Below are positions 12,200-24,270 of a DNA stretch of 64,000 nucleotides, piece by piece. The DNA is from Anthoceros angustus (taxonomy: Eukaryota; Plantae; Anthocerotophyta), in assembly GCA_010909165.1 (NCBI GenBank), contig MU008152.1, forward strand, positions 558,001 through 622,000. Direction: 5' to 3'. Both the position numbers and the translations under genes were made by a program. Under the pieces are notes generated by a model, which saw only the letters and a program-made list of their open reading frames with translations, was not told the DNA's origin and did no database searches. Within the stretch, counting starts at the first letter, position 1; every line of letters starts with the position of its first letter.

Positions 12200-13450
12200 C
12201 TGCTCAAAGCCGAAATGCCTTTATGGACTTGCGAGGGAGTGAGCTCTTGTCAAGTAGCAAGGGTTGAGAGGCCGAAACTTTCGCAGGAAAAAGATCATGA
12301 GCCTCTGCCCAAAGCCGCTCCCACTCGTCAGGCTTAACAGTACTGGCAAAGAACTCCTTGAAGTGGTTACCAATAAATCTTTGAGCGCCACAGGGTCATC
12401 CAGCCTGACACCGTTTTCGTCCGGCAGGGAGGAATCAGGTTGCGTTTACGGCTTTGCTGGCGAGTGTTAAACAAGAACTTCCTCGGTAAGTCTCCCTCAG
12501 GGGCCCATTTTATGTTTGCCCTGCGCTCTGGCTTCTTCGAAGCACTCCAGTTTAAATCTTGCTTCTCGAAGCAAGGCGGCGGATTCAGGACACAGACGGC
12601 CAAGCTCAGCACCACGCTGAAGGTTGGCCAAGGAGTTCTCAGGTCCTGCTCCTCTTCCGTTCCTCGTTTCTTAAGGGGGTCATCGGGTGCGCATACACCA
12701 GATGACATGCGAACGGGCGGATCAATGCTGGGATGGGGAACCATCCTTTCACAATCTTTCAGCCCGGTCGGGCAAAAATAACAATCTTTGAGCCTGTTTG
12801 GGTAGTCGTCCTAGTCTAGTAAAAGTCGTCTCGGTCTACCTGGGCGCGCCGACCTCCCTATGTGTGGTCATTGCGCGAGACTCTCCCTGAAATCATCATC
12901 ATCATCAAGATCAGCACCAAGCTTGCAGAGGAATTTCAAGGATGAACTACGTCTCATCCCCTTCAGAAGATTGTCAAGGCCCGATAGCTCAGACATAGAA
13001 GCTTGTCAAGGCCCGATAGCTCAGACATAGAGCTCGTCTGCTGAAATATCTCCATGATCCTTTCTTCCACCCCTGGTTTCCTAGTATCCTGGACAGAGCT
13101 TGATAACCCCGGATTCGGTACAGGCCAGACTGATTATAATCGGAGCATGGTCAGATAGGGAGGTACCAGGTATGATGGAGTGAGCCTGTACTCTATGGGA
13201 TATAGGCCCGATCCAGTCTGCGAGCAATCAAGTTGGACTGCTGGTTATTCCAACTAAAGGAAAGGGAGCCACGGCTTTGAAGAGCAGGGCAGGCTGTCCA
13301 GGGATCATCCAAGGCAAGCCAGCTATCCTGCAGGTCCACCCAAGCACGACATCTGGTGAGCGGATCAGAGGAGCCGCCTTTGCAATTTGTTAGAATTCTG
13401 CAAGATTTGCATGCTTTAAACTATGTCTGAAGACTGATTACAATATAAAA
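12200..13450 (-). pseudogene. L1-type LINE ORF2: APE endonuclease C-terminal half and linker
   Basis: SFSWNNQQ..ARRLDRAYI (~13200-13260), SLSDHAPII (~13140), KWAPEGDLPRKFLF and HFKEFFAS. Confidence 0.85.
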
Positions 13451-14121
13451 ATTTGTAAACTGCAGAGAATTGAATCAAGACCAACAAGGGAACTTTCCCC
13501 AAAATGGGAAGCCTTTCCAACAATGAACAGGCTCTCTATCGCCTCCTTCCTCAAAGGATGTCAACGGCGTGCTGATGTTTATTGTTGAAGGCCCCCCCCT
13601 TACCCTCTCCCCGCCCAGCCCCTGCTCCCTTTCATGGATTTCCTCACTCCATCCGTCACTGCCATTCTATCTCTCCCTCCCCCCCATCCGACAGACCGAC
13701 TCCTCCTCACCATCCCCAGTATCCTCCTGCTCCCCTCGCTGTTCCCCTCCAGAGTCATCTTTCCCAGACTGTCCGTCACCACCTTTATAACAACTTCATC
13801 TCGAACATCTTCTTGCCAAAGCTCTCCTGCACCTGTGGAAAAAATCTTGACTGGCCAACTCACCCGAGAAATTGATACTCCACATGGCCGCTACTACTCT
13901 TGAGTCAGTGGTCGAGCCCTGTTGCAGAGCTTCCGGATTAGCTTGATAGCATTAGAGCAGCTGCAACCTCTGTATGTTTCGAACCTCTAAAATTTCGAAT
14001 TTGGTTCCAGTGAAGTAAACGTAAACTCACCCTACCAAAGCGAAATTGAAGTATCACTTTTTTTTACGTCCGGCGAGATGATTTCCCCAAGTTGAACATT
14101 ATCCTTGAGAGCTCTAGCAGT

Positions 14122-15707
14122 CTAGGGTCTCCCCTCAGACCTGCAATTAACACCAAAAGAATCTCGTTTCAGTTCATGACATGCTGCGCAGTGCTTGCAC
14201 TTGAGGAGCAAAGTAGATGACATATGTGAATCCATGGAACAAAACCAACTCACCGGTAGAAGCAGCGATGCACGCAGGTTTAGGACGAGACTTCGGAGGC
14301 TGTACGTGTACAGCTTGCGTCCCTCCTGGCTCAGTTCCACACGAAGCTTTAGAGGCTGTACGCTAGGCCTGCTTGCCAGGGGCCTGATATGCTCAGACCC
14401 GGGGTCCCTGAACTGTGCCAGGGCCAAGCAACCGGATTCCGTGCCACAAGAGACATCCACCTGCATTTCTTCATTCGAGTCCACCTGTGGACTCGGTCCA
14501 GCCGGGCCAGGCTCATAATCCCTCGCTTCCAGATCCTGAGCAGCCTGTAATTTCACATCCGGGCCACTTCCCTTCGCTATGCCCTCTACATCTGTACACA
14601 CCCGAGTAAGCATCAGACAAATAAGCAAAGACAAGCATGCCCTGAAATTTGTGGATCTATGGAAAACGGAATCAACTTACCGCGAGAAGGAGCTGGATAC
14701 GTAGGTTGAGGACGAGACCCCGGACTTCGCCTGCTTGCCAGGGGCCTGATATCCTCAAGCCCGGGGTCTGTGGACTGTGGCAGGGCCAAGCAAGCGGATT
14801 CCTGGCCACAGGAAACATCCAACTGCATTTCTTCATTCAAGTCCAGCTGTGGACGCGATCCAACCGGGCCCGGCTCCAAATCCTGATCAGCCTGTGAATT
14901 CTCGCCAGGGCCACTTCCCTGCGCCATGCCGTCTGTACTCACCTGCGTAAGCATCCGGTTAGGCTTTGGCCACTTTGCGAGGACATTGCTATAGAGCCTA
15001 TTCATCCTCTCTTGGATGTGGCTCAGTCCCATGTACATCTGGGAGTAAGATCCAGACCCGGGCTCGTCCGCGCGCGCTTCCTCCTGGCCCGCACAGACAA
15101 GCATGCCCTGATGCCGGCTCTCATGCTCCACCTCCATCGCGCGATTCTCCTCAAAAGTCGCCTCCCGCGCCACATCGGGAGCATTACGGGCGACCTCTCC
15201 TTCCCCTGGCCTGGGAGCAGAGGCAGAAGCAGCTGTCCTCACAGAGTAGACATGTCTCCTCCTCTGGGCCAATCTGCCTATGAACTGGGCCTCGAAGGCG
15301 AAGCTTGCCCAGTCCACTTGGAAACCTCTGCGCGTGGCGATGGCGCCTTTGGCAAAGGTGAGGCTCGCCTGGCTCCAATTCACTCCTCTGTGAGGATATA
15401 CCTTGTGTGTCAGGGTTTTCAGAAATGGGACCTCTATTGTGCGAGCCCATGTGAGGTGGATGGGACCCTTGCCCACCCAGTCGAACTCGTCCGCCAAGTC
15501 CTGGTGGCTAACAATTCCATCCCTGCCATGGAGGTTTCTTGGATCAAGGCCCTGGTCGCTGAGGCCCATGCTGCAGAAGTGGGCCCTTTCGAGCACAGGA
15601 CCCCTCCTCCTGGCGTCACCTCCAGCCACCGCCATCTCCATCTCCATCGCCATCGCCTGCTGCTGCTCTTGCTGCTGCTGCTGCTGCTGCTGCATTGCTC
15701 GCGCCAT
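14122..15707 (-). CDS. Unknown family X protein, predicted 496 aa, 2 exons (15707-14681 and 14585-14122)
   Basis: ATG at 15707 (MARAMQQQ). GT-AG intron 14586-14680 splices in frame, giving 1491 nt. It joins ORF-track entries 14613..15866 and 14122..14634. Poly-Q N-terminus, conserved core, duplicated acidic module. Confidence 0.6.
15655..15695 (-). repeat. (CAG)n microsatellite encoding poly-Gln
   Basis: tgctgctcttgctgctgctgctgctgctgctgc on the + strand. Confidence 0.9.
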
Positions 15708-16334
15708 GCCACGCCCGGCCCCGCTCAGGTCAGGTCTTCCAACCCCAAGCCGCCTGCGTTCAGTTGGCGCCAATAGGGAAGGGAGGGGGCAGGTTGGACA
15801 ACTGAAGTTCACTATCCCCGCCCAGTTCTGAGTTAACAGCCTCCAGACGTACAGAAACCCTGGCATTGTCCTTTGCGGAACCTAGAAACGGGATTCGAAC
15901 ACTTGACCTCGTTTCCATGAGAAGCTGGCTTTACTAACCGATTACCCCGCTCACAACGCATTATCCTCTCATTAATTCACGCGTGTCCAGCGAGTTCACG
16001 AGTCGTAAACACGCTGAACCGTTTCGCCAGAAGGAAGCGGCTCGAGCTTGACAGGGGTAGTTCTGCAGCATCGGCAGGCCCGGCAAATGATGCAGAACAG
16101 CGCAATTACACACACCACCGAGACCACGCGAACGGGAACAACCACCAGGAAGAGCTTGGCAGCCTCCAGACCGTCACGGGCCCCGCACCCCGGGTACCGC
16201 ACGCATCCTTCTTTAGATACGCAACATACTTCACTTTCGGACCCCGCCAGAGTGCAGTTTGCAGCGTGATGCAGCTGCTGCTACAGGCCGTTCGAGGAGG
16301 CGGAGGTGACATGGCTGGAAACGTGTCCCTTTTT

Positions 16335-16715
16335 TCAAGCGGGGCCTTGTCCTCCTTCCTCCCCGACGAATCCATCTCCTCCACCCTGCCTCTGCATCCG
16401 CCTGCTCCTCCACCTCCCGTCCCCGTTCCCGTTCCCTTTCCGCAGGAGCAGATGCAACAGGAATCTCAAGTGGTAGCCCACAGATGTTAAATTCGAGAAT
16501 CTGTTCATCTCTTTCTTGACCCTCAGCAGCAGCACCTCGTCCATCTCCGCCGCCAGGCCCAGCTGCTCCGACGCTATCTCCAACTCCAGCCCCATGGCAA
16601 TCATTCCCATCTTCACATCCTCTCCTCCGTAGCCAAATCTTTTCTCCCAGTTACCACGTAAAAACAGATCTCTCCTCCAGGCTTTCCCTTCCCGATCCTT
16701 TCGCTTGAAGTTCAC
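16335..16715 (-). CDS. Hypothetical ORF, no recognised domain
   Basis: 126-codon ORF with a helical-looking segment (LELEIASEQLGLAAEMDEVLLLRVKKEM). No other support. Confidence 0.2.
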   Translation of the reverse strand: MNFKRKDREGKAWRRDLFLRGNWEKRFGYGGEDVKMGMIAMGLELEIASEQLGLAAEMDEVLLLRVKKEMNRFSNLTSVGYHLRFLLHLLLRKGNGNGDGRWRSRRMQRQGGGDGFVGEEGGQGPA

Positions 16716-17340
16716 AGTTCACAGCCGGGCAACGTGCTCCAAGACGTATTCTTTATTTCACGCTCAAATAAATCAAATATCCACAGTAAATTCACTAGAT
16801 CCACAATTATTTATATTTTCACACATTAGATTCTCTGCTCACCCCGACGGTGCAATAATCGTATCCGTGCAGAACCAAGCCTAGCTACGAAAATTTAGGA
16901 GGTCCCATCTCTAGGGTCTCCGCGGACTGGGTCCCCCTTTTCAGAAGGTGAGGATGTCGGCTTCGGCGTATAGCCAAGCTTGGACCTGTTTTGCTATACC
17001 AGGTAGGTTACTTAGTTTGGTTATTAGAGTTTTGGGATTTCTAGATCAAAAGGTCAAGCCATGAGGTAAGATCTTTTCTTGTGGCGATCATCGTAGCATC
17101 ACTTAATCATTTATAAATTTTATTAGAATGAGTTATGGGTATGAGAAATATCTAGTATAAATAATAAGAAAATAGGAATAATATATTTTACGGATAATTT
17201 TGAGATTCTTGTTTCATCCTCTTTTTTATAGAGATGTGATGCTTGTTTCATCCTCTTCATCATCCATGTCATTAATTATTTTTGTTGGCGATGTAAATTA
17301 GTTTAGGATCAATTAGCTTGCATTGCTTGCAGAAGCATGT

Positions 17341-17532
17341 TCTAACTCTCTCAATTGGTGTTTGTATTGTAATGCAGACGACTTGCATTGCCAGCAAGTG
17401 AATCTTGGTGTTTGTATTCTAACTCTCTCAATTGGTGTTTGTATTGTAATGCAGACGACTTGCATTGCCAGCAAGTGAATCTTGGTGTTTGTATTGTAAT
17501 GCAGACGACTTGCATTGCTAGCAAGTGAATCC
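17341..17532. repeat. ~50-bp tandem repeat, 3 copies, with a small hairpin
   Basis: ttggtgtttgtattgtaatgcagacgacttgcattgccagcaagtgaatc, containing acttgc...gcaagt. Confidence 0.85.
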
Positions 17533-17721
17533 TATTTTGAATTTCAATGGACTACATACTTATCCAGAATTAAATTATATTTAGAATAAGCTATATGTAT
17601 ATATATCCTAAAGTTTTAAGCTTGTAAGAACTCTGAAATTGTATTGTCATAATTGAGTGTATCATCATTGTCATCATTAACTAAGTAGTCTTCCGCGTAA
17701 TAACTTGTACGAAGAGTCTAA

Positions 17722-17953
17722 GCTTAAGGATGCCCAACTATGTGACGACGCAAATAGTCAAACAATTAATTAAGGGTGCCCAACCATGTGACGACACAAA
17801 TAGTCAAACAATTAATTAAGGGTGCCCAACTATGTGACGACGCAAATAGTCAAACAATTAATTAAGGATGCCCAACTATGTGACGACACAAATAGTCAAA
17901 CAATTAATTAAGGGTGCCCAACTATGTGACGACACAAATAGTCAAACAATTAA
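17722..17953. repeat. 46-bp minisatellite, 5 copies
   Basis: gg[g/a]tgcccaactatgtgacgac[g/a]caaatagtcaaacaattaattaa at 17728, 17774, 17820, 17866 and 17912. Confidence 0.95.
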
Positions 17954-17959
17954 GTGTTA

Positions 17960-18135
17960 GTGGTCTCAACCTCCCCAAGTTGAGTCTAGCATGCCCTCAA
18001 TGATAACTCCCCAAGTGGAGTCTAGCATGCCCTAAGGCAAGGACAACATCATTTATGTACATGATATATATCCCCAAAATGTAATAGTGGAAGTAGAGAT
18101 ACTTAAGTCGCATAAATAAGTCTTCAATTGAATAT
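17960..18135. repeat. Family A repeat, without the LINE insertion
   Basis: Matches 3005-3140 followed directly by aataagtctt, the sequence that resumes at 4679. Confidence 0.75.
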
Positions 18136-18580
18136 GTCGCACCATAGCCGCATAGCACTCATGACACTTCGAAGCTCCTGTATTACAGCAACCATCACAT
18201 GCTCTGGACTCAATCAAAGACTTTGTATAATAGCTGAAACATAGACTAAGTATTGCAAACACGATCCTAAGCCAAATTGCAAAATCAACTTAGCCTTGCA
18301 TTTAGACAAGCCCGTCGACGCCCCACCCCGGAGCTTACACGAGAAAAGGACCTCGGGATCCGTATGGCTGCCCTTACGAACAAATATCAGCAATCCACCT
18401 TCCTCCGTGGATTGCCTTCCTCTTTATGCTGCCTACGCGCTTAGCGCCGCTTCTTTTCTTAATTCTGGCTTCGGATCTCGGGATGCACGAGTCCTGAGGG
18501 CCGTAATCCCGCCAGATACGACTTGACCCTTACCACTCATACACCATTCATACATCTCATGTCCATGTGACCACACCATC

Positions 18581-18740
18581 ACCATGCACATGGGCATGCT
18601 CACATACTTGCATACATATCCTTCACACACTAGCACCATGCACATGGGCATGCTCACATACTTGCATACATATCCTTCACACACTAGCACCATGCACATG
18701 GGCATGCTCACATACTTGCATACATGCCCTTCACACACAT
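18581..18740. repeat. 54-bp tandem repeat, 3 copies
   Basis: accatgcacatgggcatgctcacatacttgcatacatatccttcacacactagc at 18581, 18635 and 18689. Confidence 0.95.
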
Positions 18741-18789
18741 CTGACAACGTAGATACGCCTCACACATCACAATATCTTGTATGTCATGA

Positions 18790-19850
18790 CAGCTATCGTG
18801 CCATAGCCACATAGCGCTCATGACACTTCGAAGCTCCTATCCTACAGCACCCATCACATGCCTTGGACTCAATCAAAGACTTTGTATAATAGCTAAAACC
18901 CAAACTAAGTATTGCAAACACGATCCTGAGCCGAAATTGCAAATGGCCCCCCTGCCAAAGTTGTGGTAACCACCATCTTCGGCTAGGTTGGAGCAGCACT
19001 TTGGACACTCAAATCTCATAAAACCTTTGATAAAATCGCCTGAACATGCTGTCTCGAAGTTGGGGCTAATAAGGTTTCTCATACTCTGTTTTTCCTGTGG
19101 CTAAGAGAGCCGCCACTCGCCTTTCTTCGGGATCAAAGTACTCATCTACTTGTGCCTTTCCCAATCGTTACCTCTCCCTGGCCCGATGTCGAGCCATCAG
19201 TTCCTCTTCCTCATCACCGTGAAGTTCGGTTTTGACCCTGGGAAGCTGGGGTCCATTCAACCCATCCACATAGTATTGCTTCTCAATACATTGAGCACCC
19301 AAGAAGTCTTCCACATTATCATTGAGTAAGTACTAGCACTCTGACGTTGGCTCATTCCACTCCAGAATTCCTGTACACAAACAAGCAAACAACCTGTAGA
19401 AAGCTCTGGGATAGCCGATGGCAAATCGTCCACCTTTCTTCCAATGTAAGTGAGTAAGCTAAACCTTCAAACTTTGCAAATCCGCAGGTTCTCTTGCTGC
19501 TTGTAAGATAAAAAGCCTTCCTTGGGCCACTCATCAAAAACCTGATGCATGAAGAGATGGTGTTCCAGCTTGCGAAATGCTCCTTCGCAATAATTGGTCC
19601 ACATAAAAGTTTGCCTGCTCATACCTCTGCCTGCAACCTCAAAAAGATCTCGATGGTCGTATGGAAAGTTTTCGATGTTCCAAGTCTCATGGTGGGACTC
19701 CACATATAGCAAAAAGGCTTGCAGTTCCAGGAATGTCTCTGGACGTTCTGGTTTTCCAGGCTGATACTATCGAACCAGAGGAGTATGCCATTTATCCTCC
19801 CATGGCCGCTCAAGAAATTGCGGCACACTATGGTGCATCCTGCAAAAACA
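18790..19850 (-). pseudogene. Degenerate ~350-codon ORF, probable 3' accessory ORF of the PHD-Gypsy element
   Basis: Manual translation gives long protein-like stretches broken by stops and frameshifts (PQFLERPWEDKWH..YVESHHETWNIENFPYDHRDLF..HWKKGGRFAIGYP..DNVEDFLGAQ..), ending in a Cys-rich tail (CDGCCRIGASKCHE). Same strand as the 46.7-49.2 kb pol and downstream of it once the nested array is removed. Confidence 0.5.
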
Positions 19851-20856
19851 TGTTTTACACGTGTGATCTGCCTCTAAATCCGTTGTCAACAAGCTGCTTC
19901 TCTGAACACAAAATACCCCACACACACCTATCGCTGATCACTCTCACTTTGCAACCATCTACCAAAACAACTAAGTCAACATTTTCCCCCGTTCACACCA
20001 TCATCACCCTTTTGGTTGTCCTACTGACGTTTTTCCAAAGCTGTAACATAGGCTGATCAGTCCCTATTAATGAGCAAGCGAAAACAACGACTTCACCGTG
20101 TTTGATACTCCCTCAAACTGTCTTCACTAGTCATTGTGGTAGGTTTGCCTCGGTCACCCGGAGCTCGCCTCGGTGGCCACACTTATCCCACGGTCGTTGA
20201 ATACGTAGGTTCGATCCCAAGAGATTTGGTTCGGATTGTTTGCGAGTCGTTCCTCTCACTCTCTCACTCTCGTCATTCTGCCCCGGTCTACTTGTCCTCA
20301 GTGTGGGCAACAAAGCGGTGTTATGCGTTTGGGTTATCGGCCGGCGCGCCTCCACGCCTTCCGTGATTCCCTCCACCTCAACACTCTCCTCCGCCAACTA
20401 CAACGATCAATTCACTCTACAACGACACACCCATAGCCAACCTCTTCACCATTCTCAAAAGAAACATAGCTCACAGACCACACATACGGACTCACTTCAT
20501 TCGATCCCAAATCTAACTCTACCATAGCGTTCGCGGTTGCGCGCCTCCCTTGCGGCTGGCACAGGGGTGGACTAGCTGGGTATTTCTCTCGGGCCGATTG
20601 TCAGGTACGAACACCGACGCGAGCGTAGTCGGCCGATCACCTGCGAGGCCACCCAAAACACAAAGCACATCCAACAACAATCTTTCACGAGAGGAGGAGC
20701 TGCGTTGAGCGAACCCACCGCGAGGGCCTCCGGCCGAACCCACCTTCGCCTTCTCGTCGCTTGGCGGTCAGCTGCACACACACACAAAGGGATGCGCCGG
20801 AGGCGAAGAATGCATGACAAAGCAAGGTCCGTGTTTATTCATTCTTCCACCCTCCC

Positions 20857-20863
20857 TTTTATA
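20857..20863 (-). promoter_or_regulatory. TATA box of the LTR genomic-RNA promoter
   Basis: cctataaaagggagg on the minus strand. The same motif is at ~31590 and a variant at ~42342. Confidence 0.65.
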
Positions 20864-21005
20864 GGTGGGGAGTCGGTAGCCACTCGTGCTAGTTTAATGC
20901 TAGGCGACTTGCCAAGTCCAACAATAGGACTCTTTGCCACAGTTCGTCCTCTCGGCTCGATCCGGCTCACCTTGACGAATATCCTGTCATCTATCACCGC
21001 CACTC

Positions 21006-23652
21006 TTAAATACTCACACTTCCCAAGGTGTGCACCACTTGGGACAAAACGTCCTCTTGAAAAGGTCCCACCGACATCCCACGTCACGCTTTTGTTCGCC
21101 TCAGCCTTCAATGTCTTCCCTTCGATGGGTCGCTTAGCCTTGCCCACCTCCGAGTCTTCTCGGGACTATGCACAGTAGCCTCACGTGCCATCTGGTAGGT
21201 CTTCCCTTTGTGGTAGGAGGTTCCATTCCTCCTACTCGTTCATCCTCGATGGGTTCCTCCCCACTGCTCGCCTTCTCGTCTTCTTGGTAGGCGGTTCGTC
21301 TCCTACCTCTTTGGATCTTGCTATGGGGTACCTTCCCTCACTGGTTTCAGACCGGAGGTACCCTTCCTTCCGGGGTCACCTCCTCCTCTTCAACAGTTCC
21401 TACCTGAGTAGGAACTTTGGTAGGTACCATCCTACCATCAGTCTCTTCCTCCCCGCTTGATAGCTCCACCGTCTCGGGAGGTTCTACTGGCGTCGCCGTA
21501 GGTGCTTCTTGACTCGCTCGCTCGGCTATGTCCAGCCCAGCCTGGCTTTCCTTGTACCAACTCAAAGTTTGACCTCCGTGCCATTCCACTTGGCGTCGAG
21601 CGGTGAGGTGCATTTCTTCGTCTTCCTCCATGGCGTTCCTCAATCGCTTCGGAGGTTGTTGTAGTAGGTCGCCACCCTACCACTCTCCTTCTTTGTCGTC
21701 CATGATGCGGACCCTTAGTGGGATGGCCTTTTCGTCCCACCGATTTGTCACTCCTACCAATGCGGCCTCTTTCTCCACTACCGCTCTCCAACTCCGGGCA
21801 AGCCTCCCAATCTCCTTATCTTTCTCCATGGCTTCCATCGCCATGCGTTTCACTATGCGTGATCGCTCTCTTTGCTCCCTCGAATGACCAAGACCCTCCA
21901 AAGATCGTTGGGCCATCAAAACCTCCTTCCGTTCCTTGCCTCCGTTTCATAGGCGTGGGTAAGGTCGTCGGCCTTCTTCGTTCTTTGCTCCAAAAGTTCT
22001 CTCGTGTCTGAAGCTCCTCTTTGTGACCCTTAGTCACATTGTCCCATCCTTGTCGTTCCTTCACCAAGGTATTTTCCCTTGTAATGCTCCTTCCGTTGCT
22101 CCATGGCAACTAACTTCTTCGTAGGAGGTCCTTCTCGTCTTCAAGGTCCCACCGTAGGTCCTCCTCTTGGCTGATTTTGCCTCCTCCTTGCTGCGTTCGA
22201 TGTGTCCTACCCTTGCTAGGGTAGCTTCCAACTTCTTCTCGCCTCCTTCTGGCCCAACTCCTCGCCCTCTTGGCTGATTTTGCCTCTGTCCTAAGACACG
22301 GTCAATCATTTCCCACATTCACCAACTTGGTGGTCATCTGTCGCTCTTTGGCGGATCTAGCACGGAGTGTTGCTTCTCGGAGGTGGTTTTGAGCTCCTCT
22401 CAATTTCTTCTCGGCATCCTCCGGCTCCTTTCGTAGGTCTCGAGTTCAACGAACTTGGTCACCTCCGACACGGTCCACTAGGGCGTCCATAGATCCTGCG
22501 CCCACTTCCTTCGCCTCCTCCTTTGGTCGTAGGAACATGCTCATAACCTCCTCCTCCTCCTCCTGGTGCGTAGGTCACCAACGCTCCTCGGCGTTCTTCT
22601 CGTCACTGCCTCAAGTCTTGTTACTACTTCTTGGTGAGGTAAAGCTCCTACCGTAGGTCCTCCGTCCTCCACAGGTCCCTCTGGTAGGGGTTCACTCCTA
22701 CCCGGTGTTGTCGGCCTTCCAATCCTCAACCCTCGGTAGGTGGTCTCGTATCCTTTCCTCCTTCCTCCGTAGGAGGTGCTTCTATGGCCTTCTTCCCTTT
22801 CTCTTGTTGGGTTCCCGATCCACGAGGCCTCATGTTGGTTCGGGCGTGGCGGTCTCTTGCCCGGGGCCTCTGTCCTGTCTCTTCATCCTCCGGGGCCGAT
22901 GGCTCTCCTTCCGCTACCCTCACGAGTAGCTTCTATCTTGGCTTCTTCCAGCTCGTCAGCTGTAAGAACCTCCTCCCTCTGATATAGGTGTACGAGGAAG
23001 GTAGAGACAAAGCGATTCTTGCTCCTCCATCACCAAATGGTTTGATGAACCTTTGTTCATCTGAATGGTGGCCCAATCCACCAACTTCCCCGAGACATCT
23101 CATACATCATCATTAAATGGGAATTTCCAGTCGTCTTCCTCGCCCGCATTGGTCAGCCATATCTTGGCGAATAAATTCCACTTCCGCTCCTTGAACAAAG
23201 AGATCCTCCAGCCATTGCCTTGCGACCATACTTCCTCCTTTGGTCGTAGGAACATGCTCATAACCTCCTCGGGATCGATTCTTGGAGGCCCAGGCTGGAA
23301 TGATCCCTCCCTTGTGGGCTTCCGGTATCAAATCGTATCCACAATGCCGTACCTTCCACATCCCGGGATGACTTGATTGTCGCATCCTCGGGCGGCCGTC
23401 GCCTTGGTCACTCTCATTCGTCGCGCACACTCGAACCAAGGCGGGGCTCGCAAAGTGCCACCGGTACCAAGTACAGCCATTCCATCTTCATCTCGGGCGT
23501 GGCTCGAGCGCCTCAAATCTCGAGGTGAAATTTGGGCGGCCTACACTCGAACTCGAATTGGGTGTTTCTTACCTTTTCCCTTGTGGGCGGTGTGGCGGCG
23601 GAGGTTTCCTCCCGTGGGAGTACCCCGTTCCCGTCCTCACTATCTTTACCAT
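21006..23652 (-). pseudogene. LTR-internal ORF, copy 1 (~880 codons, frameshifted in this assembly)
   Basis: ATG (MVKIVRT) at 23652 and TAA at 21006. The fragments tile collinearly with copies 2 and 3. Confidence 0.7.
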
Positions 23653-24260
23653 CCGCAGGGGAGCACACACAAGGATAGCAAAATTGGAGAGATTGGAGTA
23701 ATCTATCGGGCTAAGAGAGTGGAGAGCAAAGAGGTGGTGGTTTGGGTGAGAGGCAGCAAGGGGAGCTTCCGCGCTCCTCGGCGCCTCAACGCAACCACTA
23801 AGAGGTGGCCTTGGCCCCTTCAATCTCCCCTCCAGAACTTCTCCACCTTGCTCGCCTTTTGGCATATATAGCCATGGCCTCTCCTTCCTCGGCGCCTCTA
23901 CACGCCTCCGCTCGAGCACCTCCACTCGCGCCTTGCGGATCCCCCTCCGAACTCCTTTCCGAATCGCTCATGCCCGCTAGCTCGTGTGCCTCGCGCTCCT
24001 CGGCGCCTTGAGTTCGCTCCTTGACTGCCTTGCGCCTGTCGGCAAGGCCCGCTCACTGCGCCTTCCTTCTTGGCGAATAAATTCCACTTCCGCTCCTCGG
24101 CCGCCCGGCTGCGGTTCGCTGAAGGCGCCCGTTCAAAACCACAGCTAACGAGTTTGCGGTACATACCGTCGCCTTAATGGCGCTCCTCACGATGGGCGCC
24201 ACGTGTCCGGTTCAAAACTCCTGTAGCCATTTTCCATCTACAACTTAACTAGCCCTTTTG

Positions 24261-24270
24261 GCATATATAG
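24261..24270 (-). promoter_or_regulatory. Second TATA-like box upstream of the LTR ORF
   Basis: ggctatatatgcc on the minus strand about 610 nt before the ATG. Conserved at ~34981 and ~45727, with an analogue at 6371. Confidence 0.5.

Noticed and set aside
20135-21076. A short (~0.9-kb) LTR ending at ccgaca
   Set aside because: No PPT follows and no TSD fits. The 4.4-kb boundary satisfies the TSD, the PPT and the terminal inverted 5-mer together.
15300-23130. Homology between family X and the LTR ORF through a shared G-x-x-V-D-W-A motif
   Set aside because: Only a short motif is shared, the spacing to the upstream E-(I/V)-P motif differs, and the LTR frame is uncertain there.
21006-23652. 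Calling the LTR ORF an env gene
   Set aside because: No signal peptide or transmembrane segment is visible in the recoverable frames, and its position differs from Athila env-like ORFs.
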